Positions 1 to 12,216 of a stretch of 64,000 nt of DNA are shown here, one piece after another (position 1 is the stretch's first letter; the number at the start of each line of letters is the position of its first letter). The DNA comes from Auanema rhodensis (taxonomy: Eukaryota > Animalia > Nematoda). The translations under genes were made by a program, and so were the position numbers. Below the pieces are notes generated by a model. That model did no database searches, had not been told where the DNA came from, and was given only the letters and a program-made list of their open reading frames with translations. The stretch spans positions 14,632,001-14,696,000 of the forward strand of contig OZ059900.1 in assembly GCA_964057225.1 (NCBI GenBank). The letters are read 5' to 3'.

Positions 1-289
1 TTATTAGAAAAAAGATTGTTTTAAACTTTCTGCTTTTTCAAAAGTGATTTGAGCTTGTGATTTTTTTTAAAATTTTCAAACATTTCTATTTAATTTAAGT
101 GTTCTATCTTAATTACGATGAAAAAAAATGGAACGTCAGCGTTAATCAATTGTTCATTGTAACACCAAACTTCAATTAGCTCTTTGATTAAAGTAGGCCA
201 TGAATCAAGATATGTTAGAGACAGTGTTTCATTTTTCTACTTTAATTCAAACTCACACTCTTAATGAAAGTTTCTAAGTGCAAATTCAA

Positions 290-361
290 TCCTCGGTAGT
301 ATAGTGGTGAGTATCCGCGTCTGTCACATGCGAGACCCGGGTTCAATTCCCGGCCGGGGAG
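290..361 (+). tRNA. tRNA-Asp(GTC), first copy and representative of the array (each + copy = ORF-track start -14 to +57)
   Basis: 72 nt cloverleaf: acceptor TCCTCGG/CCGGGGA; D arm GTAT-AGTGGTGA-GTAT; anticodon stem CGCGT/ATGCG with loop CT-GTC-AC (GTC at 323-325); variable loop AGAC; T arm CCGGG-TTCAATT-CCCGG; discriminator G; no encoded CCA. Asp identity elements GTC, C38, G73 and G10-U25 are present. A-box and B-box are intact. Confidence 0.97.
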
Positions 362-365
362 AATG

Positions 366-370
366 TTTTT
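366..370 (+). terminator. RNA polymerase III oligo-T terminator, present after every tRNA copy (T5, or T4 in some variants)
   Basis: AATG-TTTTT directly follows the discriminator base. Further T runs follow within 50 bp. Confidence 0.85.
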
Positions 371-3300
371 GTTCTGATTCATCGTTATTGAATGTTATGC
401 TATTTTTGTTTTCTTCAAAAAGTCGGATGAAGACGATAATTATTAGAAAAAAGATTGTTTTAAACTTTCTGCTTTTTCAAAAGTGATTTGAGCTTGTGAT
501 TTTTTTTTAAATTTTCAAACATTTCTATTTAATTTAAGTGTTCTATCTTAATTACGATGAAAAAAAATGGAACGTCAGCGTTAATCAATTGTTCATTGTA
601 ACACCAAACTTCAATTAGCTCTTTGATTAAAGTAGGCCATGAATCAAGATATGTTAGAGACAGTGTTTCATTTTTCTACTTTAATTCAAACTCACACTCT
701 TAATGAAAGTTTCTAAGTGCAAATTCAATCCTCGGTAGTATAGTGGTGAGTATCCGCGTCTGTCACATGCGAGACCCGGGTTCAATTCCCGGCCGGGGAG
801 AATGTTTTTGTTCTGATTCATCGTTATTGAATGTTATGCTATTTTTGTTTTCTTCAAAAAGTCGGATAAAGACGATAATTATTAGAAAAAAGATTGTTTT
901 AAACTTTCTGCTTTTTCAAAAGTGATTTGAGCTTGTGATTTTTTTTTAAATTTTCAAACATTTCTATTTAATTTAAGTGTTCTATCTTAATTACGATGAA
1001 AAAAAATGGAACGTCAGCGTTAATCAATTGTTCATTGTAACACCAAACTTCAATTAGCTCTTTGATTAAAGTAGGCCATGAATCAAGATATGTTAGAGAC
1101 AGTGTTTCATTTTTCTACTTTAATTCAAACTCACACTCTTAATGAAAGTTTCTAAGTGCAAATTCAATCCTCGGTAGTATAGTGGTGAGTATCCGCGTCT
1201 GTCACATGCGAGACCCGGGTTCAATTCCCGGCCGGGGAGAATGTTTTTGTTCTGATTCATCGTTATTGAATGTTATGCTATTTTTGTTTTCTTCAAAAAG
1301 TCGGATGAAGACGATAATTATTAGAAAAAAGATTGTTTTAAACTTTCTGCTTTTTCAAAAGTGATTTGAGCTTGTGATTTTTTTTTAAATTTTCAAACAT
1401 TTCTATTTAATTTAAGTGTTCTATCTTAATTACGATGAAAAAAAATGGAACGTCAGCGTTAATCAATTGTTCATTGTAACACCAAACTTCAATTAGCTCT
1501 TTGATTAAAGTAGGCCATGAATCAAGATATGTTAGAGACAGTGTTTCATTTTTCTACTTTAATTCAAACTCACACTCTTAATGAAAGTTTCTAAGTGCAA
1601 ATTCAATCCTCGGTAGTATAGTGGTGAGTATCCGCGTCTGTCACATGCGAGACCCGGGTTCAATTCCCGGCCGGGGAGAATGTTTTTGTTCTGATTCATC
1701 GTTATTGAATGTTATGCTATTTTTGTTTTCTTCAAAAAGTCGGATAAAAACGATAATTATTAGAAAAAAGATTGTTTTAAACTTTCTGCTTTTTCAAAAG
1801 TGATTTGAGCTTGTGATTTTTTTTTAAATTTTCAAACATTTCTATTTAATTTAAGTGTTCTATCTTAATTACGATGAAAAAAATTGATACGTCAGCGTTT
1901 ATCAATCGTTAATTGTAACACCAAACTTCAATTAGCTCTTTGAGTAAAGTAGGCCATAAATCAAGATATGTTAGAGACAGTGTTTCATTTTTCTACTTTA
2001 ATTCAAACTCACACTCTTAATGAAAGTTTCTAAGTGCAAATTCAATCCTCGGTAGTATAGTGGTGAGTATCCGCGTCTGTCACATGCGAGACCCGGGTTC
2101 AATTCCCGGCCGGGGAGAATGTTTTTGTTCTGATTCATCGTTATTGAATGTTATGCTATTTTTGTTTTCTTCCAAAAGTCGGATAAAAAAGATAATTATT
2201 AGAAAAAAGGTTGTTTTATTTTAAACTTTCTGTTTTTTCAAAAGTGATTTGAGCTTGTGATTTTTTTTTAAATTTTCAAACATTTCTATTTAATTTAAGT
2301 GTTCTATCTTAATTACGATGAAAAAAAATGGAACGTCAGCGTTAATCAATTGTTCATTGTAACACCAAACTTCAATTAGCGCTTTGATTAAAGTAGGCCA
2401 TGAATCAAGATATGTTAGAGACAGTGTTTCATTTTTCTACTTTAATTCAAACTCACACTCTTAATGAAAGTTTCTAAGTGCAAATTCAATCCTCGGTAGT
2501 ATAGTGGTGAGTATCCGCGTCTGTCACATGCGAGACCCGGGTTCAATTCCCGGCCGGGGAGAATGCTTTTGTTCTGATTCATCATTATTGAATGTTATGC
2601 TATTTTTGTTTTCTTCAAAAAGTCGGATAAAGACGATAATTATTAGAAAAAAGATTGTTTTAAACTTTCTGCTTTTTCAAAAGTGGTTTGAGCTTGTGAT
2701 TTTTTTTAAATTTTCAAACATTTCTATTTAATTTAAGTGTTCTATCTTAATTACGATGAAAAAAATTGATACGTCAACGTTTATCAATCGTTAATTGTAA
2801 CACCAAACTTCAATTAGCTCTTTGAGTAAAGTAGGCCATAAATCAAGATATGTTAGAGACAGTGTTTCATTTTTCTACTTTAATTCAAACTCACACTCTT
2901 AATGAAAGTTTCTAAGTGCAAATTCAATCCTCGGTAGTATAGTGGTGAGTATCCGCGTCTGTCACATGCGAGACCCGGGATCAATTCCCGGCCGGGGAGA
3001 ATGTTTTTGTTCTGATTCATCGTTATTGAATGTTATGCTATTTTTGTTTTCTTCAAAAAGTCGGATAAAGACGATAATTATTAGAAAAAAGATTGTTTTA
3101 AACTTTCTGCTTTTTCAAAAGTGATTTGAGCTTGTGATTTTTTTTAAATTTTCAAACATTTCTATTTAATTTAAGTGTTCTATCTTAATTACGATGAAAA
3201 AAATTGATACGTCAGCGTTTATCAATCGTTAATTGTAACACCAAACTTCAATTAGCTCTTTGAGTAAAGTAGGCCATAAATCAAGATATGTTAGAGACAG

Positions 3301-6300
3301 TGTTTCATTTTTCTACTTTAATTCAAACTCACACTCTTAATGAAAGTTTCTAAGTGCAAATTCAATCCTCGGTAGTATAGTGGTGAGTATCCGCGTCTGT
3401 CACATGCGAGACCCGGGTTCAATTCCCGGCCGGGGAGAATGTTTTTGTTCTGATTCATCGTTATTGAATGTTATGCTATTTTTGTTTTCTTCAAAAAGTC
3501 GGATAAAGACGATAATTATTAGAAAAAAGATTGTTTTAAACTTTCTGCTTTTTCAAAAGTGATTTGAGCTTGTGATTTTTTTTAAATTCTTAAACATTTC
3601 CATTTAATTTAAATGTTCTATCTCAATTACGATGAAAAAAATTGAAACGTCAGCGTTAATCAATTGTTCATTCTAACACCAAACTTCAATTAGCTCTTTG
3701 AGTAAAGTAGGCCATAAATCAAGATATGTTAGAGACAGTGTTTCATTTTTCTACTTTAATTCAAACTCACACTCTTAATGAAAGTTTCTAAGTGCAAATT
3801 CAATCCTCGGTAGTATAGTGGTGAGTATCCGCGTCTGTCACATGCGAGACCCGGGATCAATTCCCGGCCGGGGAGAATGTTTTTGTTCTGATTCATCGTT
3901 ATTGAATGTTATGCTATTTTTGTTTTCTTCAAAAAGTCGGATAAAGACGATAATTATTAGAAAAAAGATTGTTTTAAACTTTCTGCTTTTTCAAAAGTGA
4001 TTTGAGCTTGTGATTTTTTTTAAATTTTCAAACATTTCTATTTAATTTAAGTGTTCTATCTTAATTACGATGAAAAAAATTGATACGTCAGCGTTTATCA
4101 ATCGTTAATTGTAACACCAAACTTCAATTAGCTCTTTGAGTAAAGTAGGCCATAAATCAAGATATGTTAGAGACAGTGTTTCATTTTTCTACTTTAATTC
4201 AAACTCACACTCTTAATGAAAGTTTCTAAGTGCAAATTCAATCCTCGGTAGTATAGTGGTGAGTATCCGCGTCTGTCACATGCGAGACCCGGGTTCAATT
4301 CCCGGCCGGGGAGAATGCTTTTGTTCTGATTCATCATTATTGAATGTTATGCTATTTTTGTTTTCTTCAAAAAGTCGGATAAAGACGATAATTATTAGAG
4401 AAAAAATTGTTTTAAACTTTCTGCTTTTTCAAAAGTGGTTTGAGCTTGTGATTTTTTTTAAATTTTCAAACATTTCTATTTAATTTAAGTGTTCTATCTT
4501 AATTACGATGAAAAAAATTGATACGTCAACGTTTATCAATCGTTAATTGTAACACCAAACTTCAATTAGCTCTTTGAGTAAAGTAGGCCATAAATCAAGA
4601 TATGTTAGAGACAGTGTTTCATTTTTCTACTTTAATTCAAACTCACACTCTTAATGAAAGTTTCTAAGTGCAAATTCAATCCTCGGTAGTATAGTGGTGA
4701 GTATCCGCGTCTGTCACATGCGAGACCCGGGATCAATTCCCGGCCGGGGAGAATGTTTTTGTTCTGATTCATCGTTATTGAATGTTATGCTATTTTTGTT
4801 TTCTTCAAAAAGTCGGATAAAGACGATAATTATTAGAAAAAAGATTGTTTTAAACTTTCTGCTTTTTCAAAAGTGATTTGAGCTTGTGATTTTTTTTAAA
4901 TTTTCAAACATTTCTATTTAATTTAAGTGTTCTATCTTAATTACGATGAAAAAAATTGATACGTCAGCGTTTATCAATCGTTAATTGTAACACCAAACTT
5001 CAATTAGCTCTTTGAGTAAAGTAGGCCATAAATCAAGATATGTTAGAGACAGTGTTTCATTTTTCTACTTTAATTCAAACTCACACTCTTAATGAAAGTT
5101 TCTAAGTGCAAATTCAATCCTCGGTAGTATAGTGGTGAGTATCCGCGTCTGTCACATGCGAGACCCGGGTTCAATTCCCGGCCGGGGAGAATGTTTTTGT
5201 TCTGATTCATCGTTATTGAATGTTATGCTATTTTTGTTTTCTTCCAAAAGTCGGATAAAAAAGATAATTATTAGAAAAAAGGTTGTTTTATTTTAAACTT
5301 TCTGTTTTTTCAAAAGTGATTTGAGCTTGTGATTTTTTTTTAAATTTTCAAACATTTCTATTTAATTTAAGTGTTCTATCTTAATTACGATGAAAAAAAA
5401 TGGAACGTCAGCGTTAATCAATTGTTCATTGTAACACCAAACTTCAATTAGCTCTTTGATTAAAGTAGGCCATGAATCAAGATATGTTAGAGACATTGTT
5501 TCATTTTTCTACTTTAATTCAAACTCACACTCTTAATGAAAGTTTCTAAGTGCAAATTCAATCCTCGGTAGTATAGTGGTGAGTATCCGCGTCTGTCACA
5601 TGCGAGACCCGGGTTCAATTCCCGGCCGGGGAGAATGCTTTTGTTCTGATTCATCATTATTGAATGTTATGCTATTTTTGTTTTCTTCAAAAAGTCGGAT
5701 AAAGACGATAATTATTAGAAAAAAGATTGTTTTAAACTTTCTGCTTTTTCAAAAGTGGTTTGAGCTTGTGATTTTTTTTAAATTTTCAAACATTTCTATT
5801 TAATTTAAGTGTTCTATCTTAATTACGATGAAAAAAATTGATACGTCAACGTTTATCAATCGTTAATTGTAACACCAAACTTCAATTAGCTCTTTGAGTA
5901 AAGTAGGCCATAAATCAAGATATGTTAGAGACAGTGTTTCATTTTTCTACTTTAATTCAAACTCACACTCTTAATGAAAGTTTCTAAGTGCAAATTCAAT
6001 CCTCGGTAGTATAGTGGTGAGTATCCGCGTCTGTCACATGCGAGACCCGGGTTCAATTCCCGGCCGGGGAGAATGCTTTTGTTCTGATTCATCATTATTG
6101 AATGTTATGCTATTTTTGTTTTCTTCAAAAAGTCGGATAAAGACGATAATTATTAGAGAAAAAATTGTTTTAAACTTTCTGCTTTTTCAAAAGTGGTTTG
6201 AGCTTGTGATTTTTTTTAAATTTTCAAACATTTCTATTTAACTTAAGTGTTCTATCTTAATTACGATGAAAAAAATTGATACGTCAACGTTTATCAATCG

Positions 6301-9300
6301 TTAATTGTAACACCAAACTTCAATTAGCTCTTTGAGTAAAGTAGGCCATAAATCAAGATATGTTAGAGACAGTGTTTCATTTTTCTACTTTAATTCAAAC
6401 TCACACTCTTAATGAAAGTTTCTAAGTGCAAATTCAATCCTCGGTAGTATAGTGGTGAGTATCCGCGTCTGTCACATGCGAGACCCGGGATCAATTCCCG
6501 GCCGGGGAGAATGTTTTTGTTCTGATTCATCGTTATTGAATGTTATGCTATTTTTGTTTTCTTCAAAAAGTCGGATAAAGACGATAATTATTAGAAAAAA
6601 GATTGTTTTAAACTTTCTGCTTTTTCAAAAGTGATTTGAGCTTGTGATTTTTTTTAAATTTTCAAACATTTCTATTTAATTTAAGTGTTCTATCTTAATT
6701 ACGATGAAAAAAATTGATACGTCAGCGTTTATCAATCGTTAATTGTAACACCAAACTTCAATTAGCTCTTTGAGTAAAGTAGGCCATAAATCAAGATATG
6801 TTAGAGACAGTGTTTCATTTTTCTACTTTAATTCAAACTCACACTCTTAATGAAAGTTTCTAAGTGCAAATTCAATCCTCGGTAGTATAGTGGTGAGTAT
6901 CCGCGTCTGTCACATGCGAGACCCGGGTTCAATTCCCGGCCGGGGAGAATGTTTTTGTTCTGATTCATCGTTATTGAATGTTATGCTATTTTTGTTTTCT
7001 TCCAAAAGTCGGATAAAAAAGATAATTATTAGAAAAAAGGTTGTTTTATTTTAAACTTTCTGTTTTTTCAAAAGTGATTTGAGCTTGTGATTTTTTTTTA
7101 AATTTTCAAACATTTCTATTTAATTTAAGTGTTCTATCTTAATTACGATGAAAAAAAATGGAACGTCAGCGTTAATCAATTGTTCATTGTAACACCAAAC
7201 TTCAATTAGCTCTTTGATTAAAGTAGGCCATGAATCAAGATATGTTAGAGACAGTGTTTCATTTTTCTACTTTAATTCAAACTCACACTCTTAATGAAAG
7301 TTTCTAAGTGCAAATTCAATCCTCGGTAGTATAGTGGTGAGTATCCGCGTCTGTCACATGCGAGACCCGGGTTCAATTCCCGGCCGGGGAGAATGCTTTT
7401 GTTCTGATTCATCATTATTGAATGTTATGCTATTTTTGTTTTCTTCAAAAAGTCGGATAAAGACGATAATTATTAGAAAAAAGATTGTTTTAAACTTTCT
7501 GCTTTTTCAAAAGTGGTTTGAGCTTGTGATTTTTTTTAAATTTTCAAACATTTCTATTTAATTTAAGTGTTCTATCTTAATTACGATGAAAAAAATTGAT
7601 ACGTCAACGTTTATCAATCGTTAATTGTAACACCAAACTTCAATTAGCTCTTTGAGTAAAGTAGGCCATAAATCAAGATATGTTAGAGACAGTGTTTCAT
7701 TTTTCTACTTTAATTCAAACTCACACTCTTAATGAAAGTTTCTAAGTGCAAATTCAATCCTCGGTAGTATAGTGGTGAGTATCCGCGTCTGTCACATGCG
7801 AGACCCGGGTTCAATTCCCGGCCGGGGAGAATGCTTTTGTTCTGATTCATCATTATTGAATGTTATGCTATTTTTGTTTTCTTCAAAAAGTCGGATAAAG
7901 ACGATAATTATTAGAAAAAAGATTGTTTTAAACTTTCTGCTTTTTCAAAAGTGGTTTGAGCTTGTGATTTTTTTTAAATTTTCAAACATTTCTATTTAAT
8001 TTAAGTGTTCTATCTTAATTACGATGAAAAAAATTGATACGTCAACGTTTATCAATCGTTAATTGTAACACCAAACTTCAATTAGCTCTTTGAGTAAAGT
8101 AGGCCATAAATCAAGATATGTTAGAGACAGTGTTTCATTTTTCTACTTTAATTCAAACTCACACTCTTAATGAAAGTTTCTAAGTGCAAATTCAATCCTC
8201 GGTAGTATAGTGGTGAGTATCCGCGTCTGTCACATGCGAGACCCGGGTTCAATTCCCGGCCGGGGAGAATGTTTTTGTTCTGATTCATCGTTATTGAATG
8301 TTATGCTATTTTTGTTTTCTTCAAAAAGTCGGATAAAGACGATAATTATTAGAAAAAAGATTGTTTTAAACTTTCTGCTTTTTCAAAAGTGATTTGAGCT
8401 TGTGATTTTTTTTAAATTCTTAAACATTTCCATTTAATTTAAATGTTCTATCTCAATTACGATGAAAAAAATTGAAACGTCAGCGTTAATCAATTGTTCA
8501 TTCTAACACCAAACTTCAATTAGCTCTTTGAGTAAAGTAGGCCATAAATCAAGATATGTTAGAGACAGTGTTTCATTTTTCTACTTTAATTCAAACTCAC
8601 ACTCTTAATGAAAGTTTCTAAGTGCAAATTCAATCCTCGGTAGTATAGTGGTGAGTATCCGCGTCTGTCACATGCGAGACCCGGGATCAATTCCCGGCCG
8701 GGGAGAATGTTTTTGTTCTGATTCATCGTTATTGAATGTTATGCTATTTTTGTTTTCTTCAAAAAGTCGGATAAAGACGATAATTATTAGAAAAAAGATT
8801 GTTTTAAACTTTCTGCTTTTTCAAAAGTGATTTGAGCTTGTGATTTTTTTTAAATTTTCAAACATTTCTATTTAATTTAAGTGTTCTATCTTAATTACGA
8901 TGAAAAAAATTGATACGTCAGCGTTTATCAATCGTTAATTGTAACACCAAACTTCAATTAGCTCTTTGAGTAAAGTAGGCCATAAATCAAGATATGTTAG
9001 AGACAGTGTTTCATTTTTCTACTTTAATTCAAACTCACACTCTTAATGAAAGTTTCTAAGTGCAAATTCAATCCTCGGTAGTATAGTGGTGAGTATCCGC
9101 GTCTGTCACATGCGAGACCCGGGTTCAATTCCCGGCCGGGGAGAATGCTTTTGTTCTGATTCATCATTATTGAATGTTATGCTATTTTTGTTTTCTTCAA
9201 AAAGTCGGATAAAGACGATAATTATTAGAGAAAAAATTGTTTTAAACTTTCTGCTTTTTCAAAAGTGGTTTGAGCTTGTGATTTTTTTTAAATTTTCAAA

Positions 9301-12144
9301 CATTTCTATTTAACTTAAGTGTTCTATCTTAATTACGATGAAAAAAATTGATACGTCAACGTTTATCAATCGTTAATTGTAACACCAAACTTCAATTAGC
9401 TCTTTGAGTAAAGTAGGCCATAAATCAAGATATGTTAGAGACAGTGTTTCATTTTTCTACTTTAATTCAAACTCACACTCTTAATGAAAGTTTCTAAGTG
9501 CAAATTCAATCCTCGGTAGTATAGTGGTGAGTATCCGCGTCTGTCACATGCGAGACCCGGGATCAATTCCCGGCCGGGGAGAATGTTTTTGTTCTGATTC
9601 ATCGTTATTGAATGTTATGCTATTTTTGTTTTCTTCAAAAAGTCGGATAAAGACGATAATTATTAGAAAAAAGATTGTTTTAAACTTTCTGCTTTTTCAA
9701 AAGTGATTTGAGCTTGTGATTTTTTTTAAATTTTCAAACATTTCTATTTAATTTAAGTGTTCTATCTTAATTACGATGAAAAAAATTGATACGTCAGCGT
9801 TTATCAATCGTTAATTGTAACACCAAACTTCAATTAGCTCTTTGAGTAAAGTAGGCCATAAATCAAGATATGTTAGAGACAGTGTTTCATTTTTCTACTT
9901 TAATTCAAACTCACACTCTTAATGAAAGTTTCTAAGTGCAAATTCAATCCTCGGTAGTATAGTGGTGAGTATCCGCGTCTGTCACATGCGAGACCCGGGT
10001 TCAATTCCCGGCCGGGGAGAATGTTTTTGTTCTGATTCATCGTTATTGAATGTTATGCTATTTTTGTTTTCTTCCAAAAGTCGGATAAAAAAGATAATTA
10101 TTAGAAAAAAGGTTGTTTTATTTTAAACTTTCTGTTTTTTCAAAAGTGATTTGAGCTTGTGATTTTTTTTTAAATTTTCAAACATTTCTATTTAATTTAA
10201 GTGTTCTATCTTAATTACGATGAAAAAAAATGGAACGTCAGCGTTAATCAATTGTTCATTGTAACACCAAACTTCAATTAGCTCTTTGATTAAAGTAGGC
10301 CATGAATCAAGATATGTTAGAGACAGTGTTTCATTTTTCTACTTTAATTCAAACTCACACTCTTAATGAAAGTTTCTAAGTGCAAATTCAATCCTCGGTA
10401 GTATAGTGGTGAGTATCCGCGTCTGTCACATGCGAGACCCGGGTTCAATTCCCGGCCGGGGAGAATGCTTTTGTTCTGATTCATCATTATTGAATGTTAT
10501 GCTATTTTTGTTTTCTTCAAAAAGTCGGATAAAGACGATAATTATTAGAAAAAAGATTGTTTTAAACTTTCTGCTTTTTCAAAAGTGGTTTGAGCTTGTG
10601 ATTTTTTTTAAATTTTCAAACATTTCTATTTAATTTAAGTGTTCTATCTTAATTACGATGAAAAAAATTGATACGTCAACGTTTATCAATCGTTAATTGT
10701 AACACCAAACTTCAATTAGCTCTTTGAGTAAAGTAGGCCATAAATCAAGATATGTTAGAGACAGTGTTTCATTTTTCTACTTTAATTCAAACTCACACTC
10801 TTAATGAAAGTTTCTAAGTGCAAATTCAATCCTCGGTAGTATAGTGGTGAGTATCCGCGTCTGTCACATGCGAGACCCGGGTTCAATTCCCGGCCGGGGA
10901 GAATGCTTTTGTTCTGATTCATCATTATTGAATGTTATGCTATTTTTGTTTTCTTCAAAAAGTCGGATAAAGACGATAATTATTAGAAAAAAGATTGTTT
11001 TAAACTTTCTGCTTTTTCAAAAGTGGTTTGAGCTTGTGATTTTTTTTAAATTTTCAAACATTTCTATTTAATTTAAGTGTTCTATCTTAATTACGATGAA
11101 AAAAATTGATACGTCAACGTTTATCAATCGTTAATTGTAACACCAAACTTCAATTAGCTCTTTGAGTAAAGTAGGCCATAAATCAAGATATGTTAGAGAC
11201 AGTGTTTCATTTTTCTACTTTAATTCAAACTCACACTCTTAATGAAAGTTTCTAAGTGCAAATTCAATCCTCGGTAGTATAGTGGTGAGTATCCGCGTCT
11301 GTCACATGCGAGACCCGGGATCAATTCCCGGCCGGGGAGAATGTTTTTGTTCTGATTCATCGTTATTGAATGTTATGCTATTTTTGTTTTCTTCAAAAAG
11401 TCGGATAAAGACGATAATTATTAGAAAAAAGATTGTTTTAAACTTTCTGCTTTTTCAAAAGTGATTTGAGCTTGTAATTTTTTTTAAATTTTCAAACATT
11501 TCTATTTAATTTAAGTGTTCTATCTTAATTACGATGAAAAAAATTGATACGTCAGCGTTTATCAATCGTTAATTGTAACACCAAACTTCAATTAGCTCTT
11601 TGAGTAAAGTAGGCCATAAATCAAGATATGTTAGAGACAGTGTTTCATTTTTCTACTTTAATTCAAACTCACACTCTTAATGAAAGTTTCTAAGTGCAAA
11701 TTCAATCCTCGGTAGTATAGTGGTGAGTATCCGCGTCTGTCACATGCGAGACCCGGGTTCAATTCCCGGCCGGGGAGAATGTTTTTGTTCTGATTCATCG
11801 TTATTGAATGTTATGCTATTTTTGTTTTCTTCAAAAAGTCGGATAAAAACGATAATTATTAGAAAAAAGATTGTTTTAAACTTTCTGCTTTTTCAAAAGT
11901 GATTTGAGCTTGTGATTTTTTTTTAAATTTTCAAACATTTCTATTTAATTTAAGTGTTCTATCTTAATTACGATGAAAAAAATTGATACGTCAGCGTTTA
12001 TCAATCGTTAATTGTAACACCAAACTTCAATTAGCTCTTTGAGTAAAGTAGGCCATAAATCAAGATATGTTAGAGACAGTGTTTCATTTTTCTACTTTAA
12101 TTCAAACTCACACTCTTAATGAAAGTTTCTAAGTGCAAATTCAA

Positions 12145-12216
12145 TCCTCGGTAGTATAGTGGTGAGTATCCGCGTCTGTCACATGCGAGACCCGGGTTGA
12201 ATTCCCGGCCGGGGAG
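12145..12216 (+). pseudogene. tRNA-Asp copy with B-box C56G, probably inactive
   Basis: GGTTGAATT replaces GGTTCAATT (G at 12199). C56 is invariant in the B-box. Confidence 0.6.

Noticed and set aside
290-727. 438 bp = 3 x 146 bp nucleosome phasing
   Set aside because: This leaves no room for linker DNA, and 384 and 444 bp units are tolerated. It is a numerical coincidence without MNase data.
290-728. tRNA-derived SINE
   Set aside because: The cloverleaf is complete and the terminator follows immediately. There is no poly-A tail or TSD, and the copies are tandem rather than dispersed.
371-728. A second RNA gene (5S, snRNA or another tRNA) in the spacer
   Set aside because: I could not recognise any A/B/C box, Sm site or cloverleaf on either strand. 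An Infernal/Rfam scan would settle this.
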